This document shows, piece by piece, positions 39,279 through 51,801 of a DNA stretch of 64,000 bases (positions within the stretch are counted from its first letter, which is position 1; each line of letters begins with the position of its first letter). The DNA comes from Felis catus (taxonomy: Eukaryota), in assembly GCF_018350175.1 (NCBI RefSeq), contig NC_058368.1, positions 205,532,001 to 205,596,000 of the forward strand, in the 5' to 3' direction. The notes beneath the pieces are model-generated. The model made no database searches. It was not told the DNA's origin and saw nothing but the letters and a program-made list of their open reading frames with translations. A program made the translations under genes and the position numbers.

Positions 39279-40400
39279 TTTTTTTTATCGTAGTAAGAAT
39301 ATTTACCATGAGATCTACCCTCTTAACAAATTATTGTTAACTATAGGTGCAGTGTAATACAGTAGATCTCTAAACTTACTCAGCTTACGTAATTGACACT
39401 TAATACCCATTAAACAGCAGCTCATGTCCCCCTAGCCCCAGTCCCTGACAGCCACCATTCTACTCTGTTGCTATGAGTTTGTTTTAGATACTTCCATCTA
39501 AATGTAATCATGCAATATTTGTTCTGTGACTAGCTTATTTCACTTAGCATAATGTCCTCTAGATTTATCTATTTTGTTGCACATGGTAGGATTTCCTTCT
39601 TTTTATGAATGAATAGTATTTCACTGTATGTGTATAACATATTCCCTTTATCAATTTATCTGTCAGTGGACATTTAGGTGCTGGATCATAGGTTATTTTT
39701 AATTTTTTTGAGGAGTCTCCATACTGCTTTTCATAGCAGCTGCAACATTTTACATTCCCACCAACAATATACAAGGGTTCTAATATATTCACATCCTCAT
39801 CAACACTTGTTCTTTTTTTTAATAGTAGTTATCTTATTAAGCTATTATTGAGGTGATGCTTTATTATGATTTTGATTTGCATTTCCTTGAGTAGTGATGA
39901 TGAGCATCTTTTCATATACTTGTTGGCAATTTGTATCTTTTCTTTGGAAAAAAGTCTATTTCAGTTCTTTGCCTATTTTTTAATTGAGTTATTTGAATTT
40001 TTACTATCGAGTTGTGGAGTTCCTTATAATATGCAGCCCCACTACTCAATTTTTGCTTTTGTTACTTGTGCTCTTGGTGTCATATCTAAAAAGTCATTGC
40101 CATAACCATTGTTCAGAAGATCTTCCCCTATGTTTTCTTCTAGGAGTTTTATAGATTCATAAAACTAGTTTTATAGATTTATGGATTTAAATCTTGAATG
40201 GAGCTGATCTTTGTGTATGGTGTGAGATACAGGTCCAATTTTGTTCTTTTGCATATGGATATCGAGTTTTCCCAACACCATTTGTTGAGTGAGACTGTCC
40301 TTTCTCCATTGTGTATTCCTGGCACCCTTGTTGAAGATCAGTTGACTATATTTGCATGGATTTATTTCTGGGCTATTATATTCTGTTGGTCTAAATATCC
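39279..40400 (-). mobile_element. Older L1 3' fragment with internal deletions
   Basis: L1 3' UTR and ORF2 3' motifs (cccaacaccatttgttga, ttgttgaagatcagttgac). Confidence 0.85.
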
Positions 40401-40414
40401 GAAGGCAACATCTA

Positions 40415-40618
40415 TTCTATTTCATTTTATTTTTTTAAATGTTTATTTATTTTTGAGAGAGAGAGTGCACACAGGGGAGGGGCAGAGAGAGAGAATCCCA
40501 AGCAGGCTCCACACTGTCCGTGCAGAGCTCAGTGTGAGGCTTGAACTCATGAACGTTGAGATCATGACCTGAGCTGAGATAAAGAGTCAGACACCTAACT
40601 GAGCCACCCAGACGCTCC
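40415..40618 (-). mobile_element. Can-SINE
   Basis: gagagaatcccaagcaggctcc...ctgagccaccca. Confidence 0.88.
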
Positions 40619-41521
40619 AGAGAGAGCACGAACACCATCAGTTTTAAAATGCACTATGATTGCTTTTTATCGTTTATAAAATGTTATTGTATACATATTA
40701 AGAATTTTTAGACTTCAGTCTCAGATAAGTTTGCCTAGTATTTCCTTTTTGTATTTAGAAAACAGAAGGACTGTTAATGGAGGCTTTATTCAGCTGATAG
40801 ACATCATGATCAGTAAACGGCCCAAGGAAATCCACCTGCCTTGAAGTTTGTGTATTTACAGTCTAGGTGCTTCTTACTGATAAGGGTTTGGATTGTCCAG
40901 GGGACAGGTTGGGGTGTTGAGTCAGGTCAGAAGAAGGATGAGAGGGAGCTGAGGTGCCTGCCTCAGCTTCTTCCAGAGCAGTTGGGCTACCAAAAGCTGA
41001 AGGAGCCAAGGCAATGGTAGGATACTGTCATTTGTGAAATGCATTCCAATTTCAAAGATGTTAAAGTGTGGGAAATCCTTCATTTTAGAAGCAGTGAATT
41101 GGAAAGGGTTGTCTAAGGCCTTTCTCAGTGAGCATAATGTCTGCTTTATGGATAGGAAAGAGTTGGTGATTATATTAGTGCACGTGTAAATGGTGTTTAA
41201 AACAGTTCTTCGAAGCAGTCTAAGTGCTTATTATGTAATCTTTCAGTCATGATTTGCCTTCCAGGTAACTCTCTCTGTCTTTCTATCCTCCCCCCCCCCA
41301 ACTCTTATCCTTTCCATAAACATAATTTCTGTCTTAAGTAAACATAAGTTTACTCTAAATGTGAAATGTTTTTATTATTGTAATTAAAGGCATTTAATTT
41401 ATAACAGTTACCCAGATACACACATGTAGAAGACCAAAGTATTTGAGGAGTCACTTAAGTCCATAGTATCAAACTCTATATGAGATTGCCAAAGAGAGAA
41501 CAATGGCATGTAAGGTGAAAT

Positions 41522-41882
41522 TGCTATAGAATAAATGTTTCTGTCCCCCCTCCCCAGCCAAAATTCACATGTTGAAACCTCAAACCCCATTATAGGGCCT
41601 TTGAAAAGTAATTAGGTTTAGAGGAAGTTAAGCAGGTGGATCCTTCATGGTGGGATGAGTGCCTTTTTAAGAAAGGGGAAACACAAGAGCCCATTTTCTC
41701 TCTGCCATATGAGGATGCAAGAAGCCAGCCATCTTCAAATGATGAGAAGGGCCCTCACCAGACACAGAATCTGCCAGCAACTTGATCTTGGACTTTCCAG
41801 CCTCCAGTACTGTGAAAAATAAATGTTTCATGTTTAAGCCACCCAGTCTGTGGTATTTGTTATAGCAGGCTGAACTAAGACA
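41522..41882 (+). mobile_element. MaLR solo LTR (MLT1A/MST-like)
   Basis: TG...CA ends; aaattcacatgttgaaacc; ttgatcttggactttccagcctccagtactgtgaaaaataaat; tggtatttgttatagcag. Confidence 0.85.
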
Positions 41883-42589
41883 CATGTGATCAACATGGAA
41901 AGTGCTCAGGAAGACAATTTAAAAAGACTCAAACTATGGGGAAAAAATTAAGTACATGGAATATTTAACTTGAACTACAGAAGCTCAAGGAGTTATTTAA
42001 TAACTTAAGTACTGTGTATAACTGGTGAAGGATGCCCTAGGTCAAGGAAAGGAGAAGAAAAGGAGGGGCGAGGAATTTAATTTAGACATTAACCACATTT
42101 CCTGACAGTGAGATTTTAAAGAACAGGAATTAAATTACTTACCATATTATTTGCCCATTCATTTATTTATTGGTGGGAGTTGGAGGGAGAGAACAGAGGA
42201 AATATTGTGTAGTCTGATTTAAAGGCAGTCTTAAATCTAGTTTCCTGAAATCTTGATATTCAAGGAAATTTCTGTGGGTGTTATAGTCTGGATTCTCTTT
42301 GTAGACTTACCAACTCTCTCATTATCCCAAGAAATGTATTGGCATATGCTCAGCAAACTAGTTGCTCAATAAATGTTTAGTGATGGAGTACACAGAGTGG
42401 ATGAATTATTGGAAAATAATTTCTCCAATGACACAGGATCATACATTTCTAACTCCAAATAATAGCAAATAAATATACAACTGGTTTGGGGATATGACAG
42501 TAATAATTTGGGGGTCTTTTAAATTTCTTATGCTCTCCCTCCTTTTAATTTTTTTTTTCTGTTCTTCTTTCAATAGGTGGTTTTGAGCA

Positions 42590-43380
42590 CTTTATCAGGT
42601 AGGGTCCAATCAGTAGACACTTTACATGGTAAATTGAATAGAGAAATTCTAATGTAAAGAATTATTAACTGTAACAGGGAATTTGAGAATTGAGGAATTA
42701 GCTAGTTAGAAGAAAAGAGAAGTCTCTACAACATGTGAATAGTGGATTTAAGGAACAGCCATAACCCTGGGTTTGAGATGGAACCTCTGAGGAAGAGGCT
42801 TACAGGACTGAGATCCAGACCTTGTGAGAAAGTGCATAGCTATGGCTCACAGATGGCAGAGAAGTCGCTCTGGTGCCATGCCAGCAGAACTTGCTAGAAA
42901 TCGGCCTTTGAGGAGCCAGAGGACGCTGTCCTTAAGGGGAATGCCACACTTCAGAAGTTGCCACAAAGCCACCTGAAGAGATGACAGGGATGTTGTTCAC
43001 AGGGAAGTGTCCTGTGTCACCCCCTGAAGTAGTGCTGGGGGAAGCTGCAGGCACTGGCCCCACTGGCCACCCCACGCTGCAGGCGTCAGGAACTAGGTAA
43101 GCCAGTTGTATCACAGTTTTTGGATTCTGGAGAAGCTTTGTTTACTGCAGGGGCCTGGACAGTGGGAAAAGAGTGAGCTGCAGGGCGCTGACAAGTACAT
43201 CATACCAGGAGGAAAAACCTCTTCCTCTTCAAGTGTCTCTTACAAACTTTGTATTGACAAAGCTTAATGTCATCCTAGTTGGCAAAGGAATACTATTTGC
43301 AGGGCCCGCTCCCATTATCTTGGAGAAGACAATGATGGGTGAATTTGGAGCTGAAAGGCAATAAATTCATAACTGACATA
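42590..43380 (-). mobile_element. Old LTR-like element (probably ERVL class)
   Basis: agggtccaatcag start and ataactgaca end resemble ancient ERVL-class LTRs; family not identified. Confidence 0.45.
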
Positions 43381-43884
43381 AGTACCCGCTGAGAGCCAGC
43401 AGTGCAGTAGGTTCTAGGGATAGAGCAATGAATGTAGAGAAATAGCTCTTAATCAAATAATCACACTTAAGAGTAAATTTATAATTGTGCTGAGTTTCCC
43501 TTTTCTGTGGAGGAAAAGTATGTGTACCATGGGAGACTGTTTAGAGGGATCTTGAAATTAGATTTCATACTTGCCTGCCTCTGTTCAGCACATCCTAAAA
43601 TATACCACCGATTGTTCAATAAAATGTGTAAGCGTGTTTGGAAAAAAGAAGCTAAAGTGACTCTTAACAATCAAAACCAAAACAAACTCCACAAAAAACA
43701 GAGAGCTAAAGTAACTCATAAATTGGTATGATCTGTACAAAATCAGAAGGAATTCTGCCACAAATAATGCAGTACTCTTGGTAAGGAGCAGCTGGAAGAC
43801 AAATCAGTCATTGCTTATGCTTGGTTTAAGAAAATCTGAGTTTAAAATTTCAGTGTGATAATACTTATTGAAAAGTTATGAACT

Positions 43885-44087
43885 GGGGCGCCTGGGTGGC
43901 TCAGTTGGTTAAGCATCTGACTTTAGCTCACGTCATGATCTCACGGTTTGTGAGTTTGAGCCCCTCATCGGGCTCTGCGCTTTGGATTTTATCTCCTTCT
44001 CTCTCTGCCCCTCCCCACGTATGTTCTGTTTCTCTGTCTCTCAAAAATAAATAAATGTAAAAAAAAAAATTTTTTTTTAAAGAAAAA
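43885..44087 (+). mobile_element. Can-SINE with internal deletion
   Basis: 13-bp TSD aaaagttatgaac at 43871 and 44088. Confidence 0.92.
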
Positions 44088-44858
44088 AAAAGTTATGAAC
44101 CCAAACAGTTCTGGACCAGAGTAAAGGGCATACCACTCAATAGCTACTGTAGTCATTTGATTATAGATGTTTTATTGTGGAAGGATATGACATGGATGTA
44201 ATATGTTCTGAAAAGGGGTCAATTGAAATACTGTGGTGACTCAGGAAATGCAGCCACGAGAATCTTGCTGACCAGACTGAACCAGCTGTGTTCTCCAGAA
44301 AAGAAGCAATTGTGAAATGACCTCATTGTCATCTATAGTATCACAGAGAAGCAGAAATGTTCCAAGAACAGCTGAGCTTGTGGTAGAAGTGGACATCTTT
44401 ACAAAAGTTAACTCAGGCATAAACTTGAAAGTCATTTTTTATGGGAGGAAAAAAAATGAGGGTTTAAAGTCAGAGCCCTATACATAGAGTAGATGCATAT
44501 GTTTATCTCCTATGATTTTCCATTTAATAAGGAAACATCTTTTTCATTTTATCAAGACCATAGTAAAAAGGTTAATCTACCTATATATATAGAACAGGGT
44601 TGTATAGTCTAGAAAAAGAATAACTATATTAAAAATAACTCAATGAGACTTTCCAAGAAATATACCTGCCTGATTGATCATGTTCTGAAAGCACAGATTT
44701 TTTTTTTCATCAGTGCAAGAAGAAAGTATGTGAACCTTTGCCCCATATTCTACTTATGTTCTCTAGCTTAAACAATCTTATGACTTGACCTCATGAGGAA
44801 AAGTATTAATTCATGGGTGGAGTTATATGGCAGGGATTTGGTTTAAAATACTCTGGTA

Positions 44859-45301
44859 AGCAGCACCTTAGTGGCTCAGCCAGTTGAGTGTCCAAACCTT
44901 TTTTTTTTTTTTTGTTTCACTTTTATTTATTTATTTTTAAATATTTATTTGGAGAGAGAGAGAGAGTGCTTGCAAGCAGGGGTAGGGGCAGTGAGAGAGG
45001 GAGAGAGAGAATCCCAAGCAGGCTCTGGGCTATGAGCACAACGTGGGGCTCCACGCAGGCCTCAGTCCCATGACCGTGAGATCATAACCCAGTCTGAAAT
45101 CAAGAGTCAGACACACCTGACTGAGCCACCCAGGCACCCTACATCTGAGTTTTATTTTGACTTAGGTCATGATCCTGGGGTCATGGGGTCAAGCTCCACA
45201 CTGAGCACGGACCCTGCTTGAGAGTCCCTCTCTCTGCCTCTGCTCCTCCCCCACTCAGGTGCGCTCACTCGCTCCCTCTAATAAAAAAAAATTTTTTTAA
45301 T
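44859..45301 (+). mobile_element. Old Can-SINE split by a nested antisense SINE
   Basis: head gtggctcagccagttgag resumes at ~45140; TSD taaa(a/g)tactctgg(t/c)aa. Confidence 0.8.
44898..45139 (-). mobile_element. Can-SINE nested in SINE
   Basis: poly-T tail through gagccacccaggcaccc. Confidence 0.88.
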
Positions 45302-45510
45302 TAAAGTACTCTGGCAAAAATAATAAAAATTGGGAAAGAGATGATAGATGGCAAAATTTTGGCAATTACTGAAGCTGAGCATGATGGGTAACATGAGAAT
45401 TCATTATACTATTCACTTAATTATATGGAATTTTTCATATTGAAAAGGCTTTCAAAGGAAGTATATAAATGAATATCCATTTCAGTATCTTTATAATAAC
45501 TACAGTTCTG

Positions 45511-45729
45511 TTTTTAAAAAAAAATTTTTAATGTTTATTTATTTTTGAGACAGAGACAGAGCATGAATGGGGGAGGGTCAGGGAGAGAGGGAGACACAGA
45601 ATCGAAAAGCAGGCTCCAGGCTGCGAGCTGTCAGCACAGAGCCCGACACGGGGCTTGAACTCATGGACCGCGAGATCGTGACCTGAGCTGAAGTCGGCCA
45701 CTTAACCGACAGAGCCACCCAGGCGCCCC
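45511..45729 (-). mobile_element. Felid Can-SINE
   Basis: 19-bp perfect TSD tataataactacagttctg at 45492 and 45730. Confidence 0.95.
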
Positions 45730-45929
45730 TATAATAACTACAGTTCTGAATAAGGAGATTTAGTGATGGTCTCTTGGATTTTGGACGAGAAATTTAATCA
45801 AGAGGAACTGGAGTCTCAATGGAGGAGACAATATGAGGATGGATTTTTAAAAATTGTTTTCTTTTATTCTTCCAATCACCAATAATGCAGATCTCAGTGC
45901 TTAATTGAATTAAAACAAGTGCAAAAAGT

Positions 45930-46880
45930 ATGAAAAGACAATCAACATCATTAGCCATCAGGGGAATGCAAATTGAAACCGCAATGAGGTACCACTACAC
46001 ATGTATCAGAATAACTACAATAAAAACCAGTGACGACACCAAATGCCCAGGATCTGGACATACTAAACCAGTCCTACGTTGTTGTTGGGAATGTAAAATA
46101 ATATAGCCATTCTGGAAAACAGTTGGGCAGTTTCTTTTAAAACTAAACATGCAATTACCATATGGCCTAGCAAATACTGTTGGGCATTTATCCCAGAAAA
46201 TTAAAAACTTATGTTCATACAAAAACCCATACATGAATGTCTATAAGTTTTATTCATAAAAGCCAAAAACTGGAACCAGCTAAGATGTCCTTCAGTGGGT
46301 GAATGGTAAAACAAGCTGGCAAATCCCAAATATGGAATACTACTTAGCATTAAAAAGGAATGCACACGTGACAGCTAGGGTGTATCTCTAGGAAATTATG
46401 CTGAATGAAAAGTCAATACCAAAAGATTATATACTATATCATTTCCCTTCTGTAACATATTTGAAATGATGCAATTTTAGGAATGTAGAACAGAATAGAA
46501 GTTAGCAAGGCTTAGGGACCTAGGAGGAAGAGTGGAAAGGAGGTGGGTATGGTCATAACAGGATCACTTGAGGGGTCCAGGTGGTGATGGAACTGTATTT
46601 TACCTGTGGTGGTGGCTCTACGGACTATGACATATGTGATAAAATGATATAGAACCAAATAGACACAAACACCCATACACAAATGAGCACAAGTAAAACT
46701 GGAGAAATGCGAATAAGATTGATGGATTGCATTGTCATTAGCCTGGATGCAATATTGTAAGACGGTTTTGTAAGAGGATGTCATTGGAGGAAAACATGTA
46801 CCAGGGACTTGGACGTCTCGATATTATTTATTCAAACTGAATGAGAAATTAAAATCATCTCAGTAAAAATTTCAAAGAAA
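45930..46880 (+). mobile_element. Ancient L1 (L1M-type) 3' fragment
   Basis: caacatcattagccatcaggggaatgcaaattgaaacc; atggaatactacttagcattaaaaaggaat. Confidence 0.8.
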
Positions 46881-48176
46881 AAATAAGTGCAAAAATAACT
46901 AAATGTTCAAAAACTGCCTTTTTAATTTGCTCAAAACCTTGGTGAATGTTCCGTATTTTTTTTTCCATTCAGAATAAAGAAAAAGTTGTTATCATCCTAT
47001 TAATAATAGGAAGTAGTGATTTACTTTGTTTTATCTAGGAATGTCACCCATTGGATGTCTCTGAACAAGTTTCTTAATTTCGTTGAGTCTTGTTTTCTAC
47101 TATGTAAATGGACATATTTTCCTCACAGGGCTGTTGTTAGTATTAAAAATATATTTTAAGTGCCTGGTGCATAGTAGCCACTCAGAAATTTCCCCTTCAT
47201 TTTTCATTTTTAGATTTTTTTTTTATGACCCCTGCTTTTCTCTTTGGGCTCTCTTCTGTCTGTGGAAATTTTCTTATGTGTTTATGTGTCCTCTGGAACA
47301 TGAAAAATATTTATGTACAATAAACTCTTTGTGTAAGAAAATTGAGTTTGGAGAGAAAGTTTAAAATCAGTGGCCAGAAAAGAGATACTGGATTATCTGT
47401 GGTCTTCAATGATCTACTCTCTTCCTGGCTAGGTATAGCATATGAAATCAAGAATTACTGGCATTGAAATTAAATGGCAATTTAAAGTGTTGAACAATTA
47501 AGCCATTAAAGTTGAATGTAAATTTGCATGATGGTCTCTCATCAGTTTGCATTTATCACCAAGGACACCTGTTGATTTAAAAATGTAAAAGTACTCACTG
47601 AGAATTTGTTCTGGCCTTGTAATTAGAACTGATCAAAAACCAGCATTGCACCATCGGTAATTATGTGCATTCTGAGTCCACATACTTCTGTGAAGCAAAC
47701 AATGAAAAAGCAAAAATGAGACCTCTTTTGAAGGTAAAATGAAAAAATTACTCTTTTAAAAAGCAAGCAAGGAACATTCTTCTTCTAGTAATGATGGTAT
47801 AGATTGCCATAGATAAAACTGGCCACAGAAGGCAACCAGGAAAGCTGAATAAGATACCCTCACCCTCCCACCACCACCACTGCCAAACAAAAAAATTGCT
47901 GAGGTTATCAAAGAGTATACAATGCACCATAATTTTCTGGAGCAAAAAAGCAGTACAGTGCAGTTAGTCTTAACATTCGTAAGCTTTGACATTCCATGGC
48001 ATTTTCCCCTTTGAGGTATTTGCTAATTTATAAGATTTGTGGGTCCAAAGCACTGAGAAAGTAAATATAAAATGACAGCCTAGGATTCTGAAAAGCTTTG
48101 AAGAGCTAGCAGTGCCTCATGAAGTTGGAGAGCCAAAAATTAGAAATCAGGGCCAGCTGAAGAGGAAAAGTCCTAG

Positions 48177-48248
48177 TGATGCGGTTTGGAGTGATGGGGT
48201 CCCAAGACAACAGGATGGGCAAGGAGGAATTCTTGAGAGGTCTTTGGT

Positions 48249-48283
<35 letters not shown>

Positions 48284-48920
48284 GATTTTATTAAAGCATG
48301 GGGACAGGACATGTGGTCAGAAAGCTGCACTGGGGTTATGAAGAGTGACTGATTATATGCTTGGGTGTTGGAGGTGGGGGCGTTAAAAGCAAGGGAAAGT
48401 TTCCAAAAGGACTTTCATATGCTAAAGAAGACTCCTAAGCTACTGGAGGCTACTGTTGAAGTAAAGTTACTTTTCCCTCTAGCAAAGCATTAACATTAAG
48501 ACAGTAGGGAGTTCCTGGAGGAATGTTTTACTCTGCCAGCCTCAAGTGTTGGTCAATGGGCTGCTGCTTATAAAGACACTTACTTTTATCTACGCTTTTT
48601 GGGTTTGTTTTGTTTTGTTTTGTTTTGCTTTTTTTCCCCACATCATCATGGAGGGGAAGGTGATGTTAGGGCTTCAGAAAATGTCTATGGTTTCCGGAGA
48701 TTAGGCTATTGATAAGATTGCCTTTTTTTTTTTTTTTTTTGTAATTTACTAAGACATTTGTAAACTGATGGAGACTCCTGTCCAGCTTGACTGCTATCTC
48801 TATCAGTAAACCATTGGTTTTTCCATTTCCTTTGTTCTTGGGCAGCTGGGGAGTGTCTGAGGAATGACACACACATCCCACCTGGGGGAAGGGGTGTTGT
48901 TGCCTTGTGCTTTGCCCTTA
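48177..48920 (-). mobile_element. ERV1-like solo LTR (copy A)
   Basis: tgatgcgg end; reverse AATAAA (tttatt ~48287); colinear with copy B; right end approximate. Confidence 0.75.
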
Positions 48921-49099
48921 GTTCCCCAGAAGGGCTATACCTAAGAAGTAAGAATGGATGAGAAGTAAACAAGGCTTTGTAAGGACAAAAACTCATCTTC
49001 AAAACATTTCAGTCCCTGAGTGAAATAAGGTGATCTGACTATTCAGCAGAAAGAAAAAACTGCTCTCAAGAGGACCTCAGAAAAAGCCTCAAATTATTG

Positions 49100-50260
49100 C
49101 CACAAGTTTTAACAGACAGGTAATCCAGATGTTGGAATCGTTGACACAGGCTTAAAAAAAGGTTAATATATTCAGAAAAGTAGACAATGAGATTGAGAAT
49201 TTAACCAGAGAAATTCTAACATTTATGAATTAAAATTAAGAATTCAATAGATGAGTGTAAGAACAGATGCAAATGATGAGGTTTTGGGGGGGGTGATAGT
49301 GGAGTTCATAGGGTCCAGAGCTGATGGCCAAGAAAGAATTCTTGAAGCCATCTTTGGTGCAAAAGGTGACTTTATTAAAGCACTGGAAGGAAGAACTGCC
49401 CTGGGACCATGAGGAGACTGGTTTTATGGGGGGAGGGAGGTAGAGTCCAGGGGAAGTTTCCAGTGAGGTTTTCATATGCTAAAGAAGACTCCCAGGATAC
49501 TGGAGGCCTGGCTATTGTCAAGTTAAGGTTGTTTTTCCCTCTAGCAAAGTATTAGCATTAAGACAGTAAGGGGTTTCAGAAGAAACATTTTACTCTGCCA
49601 GCCTCAAGTATTTGTCAATGGGCTGCAGGTTATAAGAAAATTGAGTTTTATCTGCCATTTCCTCCTGCCTTTGTTTCCCACTTCACTATGGAAGGGTGAT
49701 GGAAACTTAGGTCCTGCAGGACTATGATCCTTATCAGTTAACCATTTGTTTTCCCCCTTTTCTTTGTTCTTGGGCAGCCAGGAGTGCCCAAGGAATATCA
49801 CACAAATCCCACCTGGTCGTGGAGGGAGGGGGATGTTTGTGACCTCTCAGCTTGCATTATGCTCCCTCATCAAGAAGGTGAAAGAGAAGATCAGTAAACT
49901 GGAAGATAGAACAAGATAAAGTATCTAGACTGCAGCAGAGAAGGAATAAAAGGATAAGAAAAATACTAAAAAGTGTATAAGAGACCTATGAAACACAGTA
50001 AAAAGATCTAATATCTGAAAAAGGTTGAAGAGAGAGAATGGGGCTAAAGTTTTAATGGGCAAGATATTGGTCGAGACTATCCCAAGAGGGTCAGAAGTAC
50101 TTAAACCACAGGTTTAAAGAAGGTCCACTGAACCTAACAGGATTAAAAACAACAACAACAAAAAAACCCAGGCACATGAGCAGCCAGTCCCTAAACGTCA
50201 AAGACAGAGAAATCTTAAAAGCAACCAGAGGAACAAATGACAAATTATTTTTAAAAGAGG
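49100..50260 (+). mobile_element. Ancient L1 ORF1-region fragment interrupted by LTR copy B
   Basis: A-rich; gaagatcagtaaactggaagataga, agagaaatcttaaaagcaaccagag. Confidence 0.65.
49274..49872 (-). mobile_element. ERV1-like solo LTR (copy B)
   Basis: perfect 8-bp terminal inverted repeat TGATGAGG...CCTCATCA; reverse AATAAA. Confidence 0.8.
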
Positions 50261-50267
50261 AAGAATA

Positions 50268-50467
50268 GGGGCACCTGGGTGGCTCAGTCGGTCGAACGTC
50301 CGACTTCAGCTCAGGGCATGATCTCCCAGGCGTTCAAGCCCCGCGTCAGGCTCTGTGCTGACAGCTTGGAGCCTGGAGCCTGTTTCAGATTCTGTGTCTC
50401 CCTCTCTCTCTCTGACCCTCCCCCGTTCATGCTCTGTCTCTCTCTGTCTCAAAAATAAATAAACGTT
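50268..50467 (+). mobile_element. Felid Can-SINE
   Basis: ggggcacctgggtggctcag; TSD ~aaagaggaagaata / aaagggaagaata. Confidence 0.9.
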
Positions 50468-50522
50468 AAAAAGGGAAGAATAAATTGGAGAGTGAATTCT
50501 TTAAAAAAAAAAAAAAAAACAA

Positions 50523-50548
50523 TGTATTAGGTTCCGGGACCCAGTTCC

Positions 50549-50606
<58 letters not shown>

Positions 50607-51170
50607 GTGGGGTTGGGGATAGGGAAGGGGTTCCCACACAACACAAAGAATTCAACTCAATTCATCTCAGTTCTGACACTATCTTTCTGGACATAACATT
50701 AGATTGTACAGGTTAAAGCTTGCTTCAAAACTGCTGCTTCCACCCTCCTACGTCAGATACCAGTCACAAACCCAAACTTCTACCAGTACTTCTGACTGGC
50801 TGTAAATCAGAGGTTCCCAAGATCCCCCTTGTTGGGTTCAATTAGTTTGCTAGAGCAGCTCACAGAACTCAGAGAAATCGTTTATTTACTAGATAACCAG
50901 TTTATTATAAAAGGATATACCTCAAGAGCAACCAGAAGGAAAAGACGCATGGAATAAGGGGAATGAGCTTCCATGCCTTCTTGAGGTACACCACTCTCCC
51001 AGAATCGCCAAGTGTTCACCAACCCCAGAGGCTCTACATACCCTGTTCTTTTGGGGTGTTTATGGAGGCTTCATTACATAGATTAAATCCTTGGCCATTG
51101 CCAATTACTTTGACCTCCAGCCCTCTTCCCCTCCCCAGGGGTCTGGGAACCCTCTAATGACGTGGTTGGT
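50523..51170 (-). mobile_element. MER21-like LTR with (TG)n(CG)n tract
   Basis: aactcaattc...tctgacactatct; gggttcaattagtttgctagagcagctcacagaactcag; family recalled from memory. Confidence 0.65.
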
Positions 51171-51374
51171 TCTTCAGCTTAGCACTGTATCATATGAAAA
51201 TGTCTCCCAGAGCTAGGCCATTCAAGTTTGTAGGCTTCCATTCAATCCAGTCAGGTTTCAAAAGCAGGAGTGGTCTCAGTAATAAATGGCTTCACCCTTC
51301 AACTTCCCATTTAGCAAGTCCAATTCATATTGTTTGAAGGGCAGATTTATATATATAATTTTTATATAAATATA

Positions 51375-51770
51375 TATAATGGGATACTATTTAGACATAA
51401 AAATAGAATGAAATCTTGACATTTGCAACAATATGGATGGATCTAGATGGTATAATGCTAAGCAAAATAAGTCAGAGAAATACAAATACCGTATGATTTC
51501 ATTCATGTGGAATTTAAGAAACAAAATGAATGAAAAAAAGAAAAAAAGATATAAAAAAAGACCCAGATTCTTAAACATTGAGAACCAAATGGTGGTTGCC
51601 ACAGGAGAGGCAGGTGGGCAGATGGTGAAATGGGTAAAGGGGATTAAGAGTACACTTATGGTGATGAGCACTAAGTAACCCATAAAATTGTTGAATCATT
51701 ATATTGTACACCTATAAATAATATAGCAGTGTCTGTTAATTGTACTTGAATTAAATAAGTTTTTTTAAAA
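51375..51770 (+). mobile_element. Carnivore-type L1 3' end
   Basis: atttgcaacaatatggatggatctagatggtataatgctaagcaaaataagtcagagaaa. Confidence 0.85.
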
Positions 51771-51801
51771 AGATCTATACAGTTTGAAAGTAAAATGGTA
51801 G

